64,000 nucleotides of DNA from Capsulimonadales bacterium. GTDB lineage: Bacteria; Armatimonadota; Armatimonadia; Armatimonadales; Armatimonadaceae. The stretch is from positions 1-64,000 of the forward strand of contig JANRLW010000083.1 in assembly GCA_033762295.1 (NCBI GenBank), in the 5' to 3' direction. How positions within the stretch are numbered: the stretch's first letter is position 1; each line of letters begins with the position of its first letter. Below, piece by piece: positions 56,263 through 64,000 of this stretch. Position numbers and translations under genes: made by a program. The notes beneath the pieces were generated by a model. That model did no database searches and was not told the origin of the DNA. It saw only the letters and a program-made list of their open reading frames with translations.

Positions 56263-56365
56263 TCCGACCGAAAACCGTCCGGGGCACGTTCATTAGGATG
56301 GCTGCCCCGGGCTGACCCTGTCGGGACCCGCCCGGAGGCGGTCCGCCCCGGCACCTCTCCGTAAA

Positions 56366-58432
56366 ATGCGCCGTCGTCCTGCTCATTTCCCGCTCCTTCT
56401 TCCCCTCACTGCGGCGGCCCTCGTCACCGTAAACACGGACGCACTCGCGGCGGATAACCTCGGCGCCATCCGACTGGATGCCCAGCCGTCCCTGATCAAG
56501 GCGGATGGCCGAAGCCTGACCGTCATTTCCGCCCAGGTTTTCGATGAACGCGGCAATATCGCGGCCGATGGCACCCGGGTTCGATTCACCACGACCGCCG
56601 GTCGCCTGGACGCCCCGGAGGCGGTAACCAGAAACGGCGTCGCTCGCGTTACCCTGACCGCCGCCGATCAACCCGGCACCGCGACGATTATTGCCGTTCT
56701 CGATACGCCCGGTCGGGCGGTACCCGCGCGGATTACCGTTGTCTTCAGCAAGGAAGCGGAAGCCACCGACAGCAAAACCGCGTATGTTCGCATCGATGGA
56801 ACCCAGTACATCGGCTATGCCGCCGAAAAGGGAATCGTTCAGGCCAACGGTAAAAACGGGGGGGCATCGATCCGTTTCCGAAACATCGCGGTACAGGCCG
56901 ACGTCCTGCAGTTCAACGTTCGAACGAACGCGGTACTGGCCCTGGGGAACGTACGCCTGTCCGTGGCCGGACGCGAACAGCGTTACGATCACCTGATTCT
57001 CAATCTTCTACAGGGGAACGGGACCGCCGAACGAATCGCCGACGCGCATGTCGACGCCTTCGAACTGACCGGTCTGCGGTTTGATCCGGTCCCTTACCCC
57101 AAAGGTCGGCAACTGCCCCTCGGTACTACCTGGAATCTGACGGACCTTTCCGATGCCAGCATTATGGTCGTTTCCCGGGCGATGCTGATGGATCCGGGGA
57201 AACGCCTGCAATTTCGCCGGGCGACCTTCTTTGTCGATGGCAACAAGGTGTTTTCCACCCCGCTGCATGTCATGGGCCTGAACCAGGACAGCATCTTTCC
57301 CGAGCAGGTGGTCGGCTATACACAGGACGGGTTCATGGTGGATTTCCCGTTCTACTATCAGGCCGACCCGAGCGGGATCGGAACGCTCAATATTCGTCGT
57401 GCCGCCCGCGTCAGTTCCTCAGCGTACTCCGTACGTCCCGGCTGGTCGCTGGACCTGACCCAGAACTATTCGGGGGCGCGGAACGCCGGAGGGACCGTCG
57501 AGGTCAACGGGTTGTCACGTCAGGACTGGGGCATGCGTTTCCGCCATGCGCAGAATCTCGGCAAGGACACGACCGGCAATCTCTTTATCGATTTCCCGAA
57601 CCATCGCAGTCTTTTCCTCAACTCGCAGGCATCGCGCACCTACAAAACGTTTTCGCTGAATACGACCATTTCCGGTTCGCGATCTCCGGGGTTTCGGGAT
57701 GTGGTCACGGGGGCAAGTTCGCCCGCCAGCGGCGAACTGCGTCAGCAGGTCTACGCCGAGAGTTTCGCCCGGCCCGTCTCCTTCCTGAAACAGGTGCATT
57801 ACGCCATCAATGCGAACGCGGGGCAACAAAATCTGTTCGGTCAGGCCGAGATACCGGGCCAGCCGAAACCGCCACGGAACCTCTTTTCCCAGGGAGTCGG
57901 GAGCCGTTTCTTCACGGATGCGTTGCCCGTGGCGCGGGCGACGACGGTTCGGCAGTCCGTTTCCGTCGGGCGGGCATGGATTCAGGGATCGAAAACGCCG
58001 GGTTACGGGAATTCGGGTTTTACCCTGCTGGGAACCACGACCCTGGCGCGAAAGTTCGGCAATCTGGGTAGCGCCGAGGTCAACTACGACTACACGCAAA
58101 CGCCGCTGGCGTCCGGTGTGAATGCCGCCCTGATCAGTGGAAAACATCGTCTGGGGATGAGCGGATTTCTGGGCGGTCCGGAATGGGAGTTGTCGTTCAC
58201 CGGCTCCCATAGTCTCGATAGTCCGCAGTCCAGCATCTCCGGCACGATGCAGTTTCGGATCGCCGGCCCGTGGCGCGGCCGTGTCATCGGGTCCGTTTCT
58301 CGATTCGGCATACTGACGTATCAGGAATATGAGTACGCGTTGATCCGCCGCGTCGGGTCTCGCGATTTTGCCCTTTACTACTCCACGACCTCACGTCGAT
58401 TCCAGCTGGACCTGACCGGCGCGCGCTTCTGA
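56366..58432 (+). CDS. Outer-membrane protein: Big_1/invasin-type Ig domain + LptD/OstA-like region + probable beta-barrel
   Basis: Signal peptide; ADGRS...I.AQV.DE.G...DGT.V.F.TT.G.L; ADVLQFN...VLALGNV.L; amphipathic beta strands; terminal Phe (RFQLDLTGARF). Confidence 0.65.
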   Translation: MRRRPAHFPLLLPLTAAALVTVNTDALAADNLGAIRLDAQPSLIKADGRSLTVISAQVFDERGNIAADGTRVRFTTTAGRLDAPEAVTRNGVARVTLTAADQPGTATIIAVLDTPGRAVPARITVVFSKEAEATDSKTAYVRIDGTQYIGYAAEKGIVQANGKNGGASIRFRNIAVQADVLQFNVRTNAVLALGNVRLSVAGREQRYDHLILNLLQGNGTAERIADAHVDAFELTGLRFDPVPYPKGRQLPLGTTWNLTDLSDASIMVVSRAMLMDPGKRLQFRRATFFVDGNKVFSTPLHVMGLNQDSIFPEQVVGYTQDGFMVDFPFYYQADPSGIGTLNIRRAARVSSSAYSVRPGWSLDLTQNYSGARNAGGTVEVNGLSRQDWGMRFRHAQNLGKDTTGNLFIDFPNHRSLFLNSQASRTYKTFSLNTTISGSRSPGFRDVVTGASSPASGELRQQVYAESFARPVSFLKQVHYAINANAGQQNLFGQAEIPGQPKPPRNLFSQGVGSRFFTDALPVARATTVRQSVSVGRAWIQGSKTPGYGNSGFTLLGTTTLARKFGNLGSAEVNYDYTQTPLASGVNAALISGKHRLGMSGFLGGPEWELSFTGSHSLDSPQSSISGTMQFRIAGPWRGRVIGSVSRFGILTYQEYEYALIRRVGSRDFALYYSTTSRRFQLDLTGARF

Positions 58433-58485
58433 CGAACGGCCTGGAAAAGCCCGGTGTTCGCCGAAAGCGCACGCTCGTCCGAACG

Positions 58486-59625
58486 TTACTCCGCGGTTTC
58501 CGTCTCGTCTTCGACGGCAATCTCGCCTTCGGGGTTCTCCACCGCCTGTTCCAGCGGACCCATACGACGAAGTTTTTTCAGGGCGCGTAGCTCGATCTGT
58601 CGAACCCGTTCCCGGGTGACATGAAAGAACTGCCCGACCTCCTCCAGCGTTTTGGGAGTTTCACCGTCGAGGCCGAAGCGCATCCGGACCACATCCCGTT
58701 CGCGGTCCGTCAGTCGGGCGAGAACCTGTTCGAGCTGCTCCCGTCGGATCATATTGACCGCGACATCGGCCGGCGTCATGCCGGATTGCGCCTGAATGAA
58801 GTCGGAAAGCTGGGCGGATTCCTTGTCCCCGACCGGCGTTTCGAGCGACAGAGGTTCCATCGCCACGCGCATGATCTCGTTCACGCGATCCGGGGTGACA
58901 TCCATGGCGTGGGAGACTTCATCGAGGGTCGGTTCCCGATTCAACTGCTGCCGGAGCATGCCGCTGGTTTTGACGACCTTGTGGATCATCTCCGCGACGT
59001 AAACGGGAATTCGGATCGTCCGACCCTGATTGATGACGGCCCGGGCGATGGCCCGTCGAATCCACCAGGTCGCATAGGTGGAGAATCGGAAACCGCGCGA
59101 CGGGTCGAACTTTTCCACCGCGCGGATCAGTCCGATATTGCCTTCCTGGATCAGGTCGGCGAGAGCGATACCGGGCACCGAGTAGCGTCGGGCGATGGAG
59201 ACGACCAGCCGGAGATTGGCCTCGGTCAGGATATCCTTGGCGACTTTGTCGCCTTTGGCTACCCGGCGGGCCAGGGCGACTTCCTCCTCGGCGGACAGGA
59301 GGCGGGTCGACTTGGTTCGCCGCATCCACATCTGCAGGGTTTCGGACTCGGGGACCGCGTCGGCGAGAGGGTCAGCGGCGGTCTCCTCACCGGAAAAGTC
59401 GCCTAATTCAAGTTCGTCATCAATCGGAAGGGAAGGGGGAGCGGGAAGATCGTCGGTGGCCAATCCCACGAAGGCGAAAACATCGGATTCGGAAGAAAAT
59501 TCATGGTCGGAATCATGGTCAAAGGAACGAGTGCGGTTCTTGCGGCGAGGGCCTACATTGGAAAGGGAACCGAAACTGTTGCGGCTGGCGTTACCCCAGG
59601 TAAGCGAACCGGACGCGCTTGCCAT
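58486..59625 (-). CDS. Sigma-70 family RpoD-like (probably group 2) sigma factor
   Basis: [58 protein letters not shown]...[20 protein letters not shown] before ATG 59625. Confidence 0.92.
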   Translation of the reverse strand: MASASGSLTWGNASRNSFGSLSNVGPRRKNRTRSFDHDSDHEFSSESDVFAFVGLATDDLPAPPSLPIDDELELGDFSGEETAADPLADAVPESETLQMWMRRTKSTRLLSAEEEVALARRVAKGDKVAKDILTEANLRLVVSIARRYSVPGIALADLIQEGNIGLIRAVEKFDPSRGFRFSTYATWWIRRAIARAVINQGRTIRIPVYVAEMIHKVVKTSGMLRQQLNREPTLDEVSHAMDVTPDRVNEIMRVAMEPLSLETPVGDKESAQLSDFIQAQSGMTPADVAVNMIRREQLEQVLARLTDRERDVVRMRFGLDGETPKTLEEVGQFFHVTRERVRQIELRALKKLRRMGPLEQAVENPEGEIAVEDETETAE

Positions 59626-59850
59626 CTTGTCTACCCCCTTATTGCTCGATTCCATAGCATAGGCCGCCGTCTCTTCGGACGACTGGCTGCCGGATGGAAT
59701 GGTACGGGTCGGCACGCCCCATTGCTCCAACCCGGACAGAGCGACGCACGGGAAACACCCCCGGTAACCGCCCCGCCCATCATATAACCCAATGGGAAAA
59801 TTCGCCGTTTTGTTCCATTTTTCCTCCGGGGATCAGCGATCGACAGGAAA

Positions 59851-59880
59851 AAGGACGAAGGGCGATCGCCCTTCGTCCTT
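59851..59880 (-). terminator. Intrinsic terminator of the ECF sigma gene
   Basis: Perfect palindrome AAGGACGAAGGGCGA/TCGCCCTTCGTCCTT ending in a T-run on the minus strand. Confidence 0.75.
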
Positions 59881-59912
59881 GCCTGCAGATCCGGCGTTTC
59901 TCCGACCCGCCA

Positions 59913-60635
59913 TCATGCCGGGACCGGTACGCCCGATCGTTCGGTCTCGCCGGTCGGTCGCCAGGAGAAAACCGCCCGCCGGACACGCTCACGCCCGCGC
60001 GAAAGTCGCGAGCGAACCGTGCCGATCGGGATGTTCAGGCGATCGGCAATATCCTGGTACGGCATACCCTGAATGTCGGCCATCGCCACCACCTGCCGGT
60101 AGTCCGCCGGAAGGTTTCGAACCGCTTCCAGCACCGCGCTCCCCTCCATCTCCGAAATGACCTGACGTTCGGGCGAGTCGGAGGTCGGCTGGTTCGGTGC
60201 GACACGGCTGGCGATACCGGCACCGCTCCCCGAGAGGTCGCTGGTGGCCGGGTCGAAAAACTCCAGGGAAACCTGCTTCGGCTCGCGCGACCGTTTTCGA
60301 TACGCATTGAAGAACAGATTTCGCATAATCGTGTGCAGCCAGGCGCGAGGTGACCCGTCCGCCCGGAAAGTGTCAAAACGATCGTACGCTCGAACCAGGG
60401 TCTCCTGTACCAGATCCTCGGCGTCGGACGCGCTGTGGGTCAACGCCATCGCCGGAGCATACAGCGACTGCTCATGCGGCAGAATCAGTTTTTCGAATTG
60501 ACGCCGTTGCGCCTCGGTCGGATGGGTCCTTCGGGCGGTAACGGGCGCATGATGAACGGCCGTCGCGTAAGCCGAGGCGGCGCGGGCGGTCGTCGAAACC
60601 ATCGCACCCGGGTTCATTATCGTTTGGACTGCCAT
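59913..60635 (-). CDS. ECF sigma factor (SigH/SigR-like)
   Basis: DAEDLVQET..RAY, AWLHTIMRN, LPADYR, YQDIA..LNIPIGTVRSRLSRGR. Confidence 0.93.
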   Translation of the reverse strand: MAVQTIMNPGAMVSTTARAASAYATAVHHAPVTARRTHPTEAQRRQFEKLILPHEQSLYAPAMALTHSASDAEDLVQETLVRAYDRFDTFRADGSPRAWLHTIMRNLFFNAYRKRSREPKQVSLEFFDPATSDLSGSGAGIASRVAPNQPTSDSPERQVISEMEGSAVLEAVRNLPADYRQVVAMADIQGMPYQDIADRLNIPIGTVRSRLSRGRERVRRAVFSWRPTGETERSGVPVPA

Positions 60636-60703
60636 GCTTATCTTCCCTCGTTCCTCAAGTACTCTTCCCGTTCCGGTCCATGGAACGATTCGTTATTTAC
60701 TGA

Positions 60704-60726
60704 TGACCAATTTATTCTTTCGGTCA
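60704..60726. promoter_or_regulatory. TetR-type operator upstream of the ECF sigma gene
   Basis: TGACCAATTTATTCTTTCGGTCA, matching the site at 61578-61600. Confidence 0.7.
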
Positions 60727-60812
60727 GCGATCGCGATACCGGTTCAAATCCGCTCGCCGCATTTCGGACTACCGGAACGAAGCTTCCTCCGTTCCGGGTT
60801 ACCAGCCTCGTG

Positions 60813-61505
60813 TTATTGCGGACGCGGTCGAATCCCGTGCAAAATGAAGTCCATCATCAATTCCGCCCGGGCTTCCAGTTCTCCCCGGCAGGGCGCTTTG
60901 CCGTGGCAGGGGGTCATATAGGGCGGATAGAACGAAATCATGGCCAGCATCAACAGACGCGCGGCCACCGTCGTATCGTCGTTCAGCACCGTAAAATCGC
61001 CCCGCTTCACCCCTTCGGCCAGAACCTGCGCCAGCAGATCATACTGCGCTTCCTTCTGTTCGAGACCACACTGCATGATCTTCGGGCGCAGCAACTCATC
61101 GACCAGTTCCACCCCGTGCGCGGTCGTGTTCACCGCGTCGTGAACCGCCGTAATCGATGCCAGGACCATCCGTCGCAACTTCTCTTCCGGGGTCGCCGAC
61201 GAGTCGGCGATCGCTCGCATTCGTGCCGTGATGCTCCGCTTGACTTCCGCCGCAATCGTCAGCAGAATCTCTTCCTTGCCGTCGAAGTACAGGTAGACCG
61301 TTCCCTTACCGATTCCGGCCTCCTGCGCGATATCATCGATCGTCGTCTTTTTGTAGCCGTAATGAAGAAAGAGACGCTGTGCCGATTCCAGGATCAACTG
61401 CCGGGTGCAGGGGTTCGTTTCGGCCACGTTTCCCACCGCTGTCCGTCCGCCGGCACGTCCCCGCCGGGGGGGCTCCTCCGCAAATTTGTCAGGCTCCGTT
61501 CGCAT
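60813..61505 (-). CDS. TetR/AcrR family transcriptional regulator
   Basis: ILESAQRLF..YGYKKTTIDDIAQEAGIGKGTVYLYFDGKEEI. Confidence 0.95.
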   Translation of the reverse strand: MRTEPDKFAEEPPRRGRAGGRTAVGNVAETNPCTRQLILESAQRLFLHYGYKKTTIDDIAQEAGIGKGTVYLYFDGKEEILLTIAAEVKRSITARMRAIADSSATPEEKLRRMVLASITAVHDAVNTTAHGVELVDELLRPKIMQCGLEQKEAQYDLLAQVLAEGVKRGDFTVLNDDTTVAARLLMLAMISFYPPYMTPCHGKAPCRGELEARAELMMDFILHGIRPRPQ

Positions 61506-61577
61506 TGTTTACGTCATTTCCCGGTCCGTTACTTTCAACGCTTCCCCCGAGAAAAGGTTCCGCTTTCATTGAACAAC

Positions 61578-61629
61578 TGACCAAAAAACCATTTCAGTCA
61601 TATTTTATCGCAATCCGGACCGATGTCAA
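61578..61629 (-). promoter_or_regulatory. TetR gene promoter and operator
   Basis: TTGACA(61629-61624)-16 bp-TAAAAT(61607-61602), followed by TGACCAAAAAACCATTTCAGTCA (61578-61600). Confidence 0.7.
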
Positions 61630-61660
61630 GGATAAGGCATGAAACTAAAACCCGACGGCT

Positions 61661-62719
61661 CTACGGAAGGCGCGGCGATGGGCCGGTCGACTGCCGAACA
61701 TCCAGGCGGACCGGAAAGCGGGTCACCTCCGGTTCGATGATCTCTCCGGAAAGGATCGACACCACCCGCTGCATGGCGCACAGGCCGATCTCGTGAAGCG
61801 GCTGCCAGACCGATGTCAGGGGGACCGTGGCTCGCCGGCAGTTTTCAGTGGAGTTGAAGTTTATGACGGACATATCCTGCGGTACCCGGATATGCTGTGC
61901 CTGCAGGCCGTTCAAAACCTCCTGGCTGATTCCGTCATTTGTCAGAATCAGGGCGGTCGGGCGCAGACGAAGCGCCTGCCGGACCGTTTCCGTTGCCCCC
62001 TGAGCAAAAAGAATATCCAGACGGCACTGAGATCCGGATCGGTCCAGAAACTCCCGGATGCCGTGAATTCGATCGTGTTGCCAGTCGGTGATCCGCGGGC
62101 TCGACATTTCGATCGCGAAGGCGATATGCCGGTGTCCGAGTTGTATCAGATGGGCGGCCACCAGACGACCTGCCTCCACATTGTCACAGTCCACGACATG
62201 GCATCGGAGTCGTTCCTCGCTGTCCCGCGCCAGGGGCGTATGCGAGAGAAAAACCGCCGGAAATCCCGACTCGATCAGAGCGGGAGCCAGTTCGTCGTCC
62301 GGATGACTGCCGACCAGCAAAACGCCGTCCGCACTGCCGCCGACGATATCGGTATAGAGCGCGCGCCAGTCGGGATGGTGGGCGGCGTGAAACAGCAGAT
62401 TATGGTTGCACTCGACCGCGCCGGCGAAGACTCCTTCAAGTACGGCCCGGTGGTAGTCGCCCTGCCGACGAAAGCCGTCCGGGTGATTCAGGGCAACCCC
62501 GATGCGCTGGGTTCTGCCGGTGACCAGGGCATGCGCCCGATTGTTCCGGACGTAATTCAGTTCACGGGCGGCCTGCAATACCCGTTGACGGGTATCGGGC
62601 GGAATACGGTCCGTTTCGCGCCCGTTCAAGACCTTGGAAACCGTGCTCCGTGAAACCCCGGCCCGGACGGCGACGTCACTGCTGTCCGCGCGGCGGGGGC
62701 GATTATCCTCTCTTCTCAT
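61661..62719 (-). CDS. LacI family transcriptional regulator
   Basis: DVAVRAGVSRSTVSKVLN, HLIQLGHRHIA, VPQDMSVI, LTSVWQP. Confidence 0.93.
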   Translation of the reverse strand: MRREDNRPRRADSSDVAVRAGVSRSTVSKVLNGRETDRIPPDTRQRVLQAARELNYVRNNRAHALVTGRTQRIGVALNHPDGFRRQGDYHRAVLEGVFAGAVECNHNLLFHAAHHPDWRALYTDIVGGSADGVLLVGSHPDDELAPALIESGFPAVFLSHTPLARDSEERLRCHVVDCDNVEAGRLVAAHLIQLGHRHIAFAIEMSSPRITDWQHDRIHGIREFLDRSGSQCRLDILFAQGATETVRQALRLRPTALILTNDGISQEVLNGLQAQHIRVPQDMSVINFNSTENCRRATVPLTSVWQPLHEIGLCAMQRVVSILSGEIIEPEVTRFPVRLDVRQSTGPSPRLP

Positions 62720-63176
62720 CCTGGATCGAACCCAATTCGTGGTCGTTTCGGAACCGCCGCCGCCAGGGACCGGGGACGGGCAGGTGGCAACGGAATTCGC
62801 GTATTTGGTTTCCAGTATACCGGTAATCCCACGTTCCTGAACTGTTTAACGGGATTAACGATGTGGAAAATTACGATGTGAAAAGGAAGGGAAGGGGTGG
62901 AAAGATATAGACGGAACGGAAACAAGAAGTACGTGCAGAGAAAAGGCGAAACGGGCAGCCAGAGCTGCCCGAAACGCACGAAGAGAAAACACCATCCTAA
63001 CTCATCAGTCCGCAAAGTCGGATGTTCGTATATAGCCGAAATCTGTTCCCTGCGGCCACCATTACCATTTCGGTCGGAATGGTGGCCGGCCTTTCCTCGT
63101 ATTTGTCACAGTTTTGCCGCCGTCGACCCGCCGGAGGAAACGTGCCGAAGATCGTCGGACGTGACACAATGAAAAC

Positions 63177-64000
63177 GTGACGCCGGAAGAACGCATCCGA
63201 GAGGTCGCCCGGGAGATCGGCTTCGACGCCGTCGGATTCACGGGTGCCGAACCTCCCGACCACGCCGACTATCAGAGAGCCTGGCTTGCCGCCGGAATGC
63301 AGGGCGCGATGGGCTACCTGAAGCACCGCGAGGAACTGCGCGCCGGCGCCCTCGATTCCCCGAACCTCCTCGCCGGTACGCGTTCGGTCATTCTGCTCGC
63401 TCTCTCTTACGATCGCCCGCGCCAACCCTCGCCGGTCGGGCGGCACGGCGTCGTCGCCCGCTACGCGCGGGGCGAGGACTACCACGAGGTCATGCGCGAG
63501 AAGTTGCGCCTCCTGGCAACGCAGATGGAAACGCTCTTCCCCGGAACCCGGACGCGCGGTTTTTGCGACAGCGGGCCGATCCGCGAACGTGAACTCGCCG
63601 CACGCGCCGGGCTCGGATGGCAGGGGAAGCACACCAACCTGATCTCGCTCGATCTGGGCAACTGGTTCTTCCTTGGCGCGTTGCTGACGACCCTGCCGCT
63701 ACGCGCCGATGCGCCGGTTACCGCCCACTGCGGTACCTGCACCCGTTGCCTCGCCGCCTGCCCGACCGGCGCACTGGTCGCGCCGCTCACCCTGGACGCC
63801 CGTCGCTGTATCTCCTACCTGACCATCGAACTGCGCGGCCCGATCCCGCGGGAGCTCCGCTCGCAGATGGGGAACCGTATCTTCGGCTGCGATGACTGCC
63901 TGGCGGCCTGCCCCTGGAACGACCGGGCGAGGGAGAGCCGGGAACTGCGTTTCGCCGCCCGAGCGGACGAACTGGCGTTCCCCGACCTTCTCGACTGGCT
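63177..64000 (+). CDS. queG: tRNA epoxyqueuosine(34) reductase QueG (3'-truncated; absent from the ORF track)
   Basis: GTG 63177 MTPEERIREVAREIGFDAVG; ARYARGEDYH, CGTCTRCLAACPTGA, CISYLTIE, FGCDDCLAACPWN. Confidence 0.93.
   Translation, partial: MTPEERIREVAREIGFDAVGFTGAEPPDHADYQRAWLAAGMQGAMGYLKHREELRAGALDSPNLLAGTRSVILLALSYDRPRQPSPVGRHGVVARYARGEDYHEVMREKLRLLATQMETLFPGTRTRGFCDSGPIRERELAARAGLGWQGKHTNLISLDLGNWFFLGALLTTLPLRADAPVTAHCGTCTRCLAACPTGALVAPLTLDARRCISYLTIELRGPIPRELRSQMGNRIFGCDDCLAACPWNDRARESRELRFAARADELAFPDLLDW

Noticed and set aside
63053..63088. preQ1 riboswitch upstream of queG
   Set aside because: Only a generic GC hairpin is present, without the preQ1 consensus loop or A-rich tail.

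Overview
This is a GC-rich bacterial chromosomal window. The three [11 protein letters not shown]1559/H-X9-DG prepilins, the BTAD-ATPase-TPR regulator and the multiple LacI regulators suggest Armatimonadota, but that assignment is inference. The left part (1-38.5 kb) holds sugar and redox enzymes, peptidases, three variable pilin-like genes, an archaeal-type translin, tRNA-Leu(CAA), tatA and pepF. It also holds two secreted peptidases that share a C-terminal CBM48-like domain, and a three-gene DUF4062(TIR-like)-nSTAND1-TM-TPR / secreted partner / secreted caspase locus. The most striking feature is a ~19 kb co-oriented six-gene cluster (39.3-58.4 kb). It encodes three large secreted proteins with unrelated N-terminal parts but one shared ~480-aa C-terminal module ending in an FlgD-Ig/T9SS-CTD-like domain. 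These are interleaved with two paralogous CsgG/FlgT-fold proteins and followed by an Ig + LptD-like outer-membrane protein, making the cluster a candidate dedicated secretion or surface-assembly system. A convergent TetR -> ECF sigma -> atypical group-2 sigma block follows, with a 23-bp operator shared by the TetR and ECF genes, then a LacI gene and a partial queG. All family calls come from reading motifs; no database searches were run.
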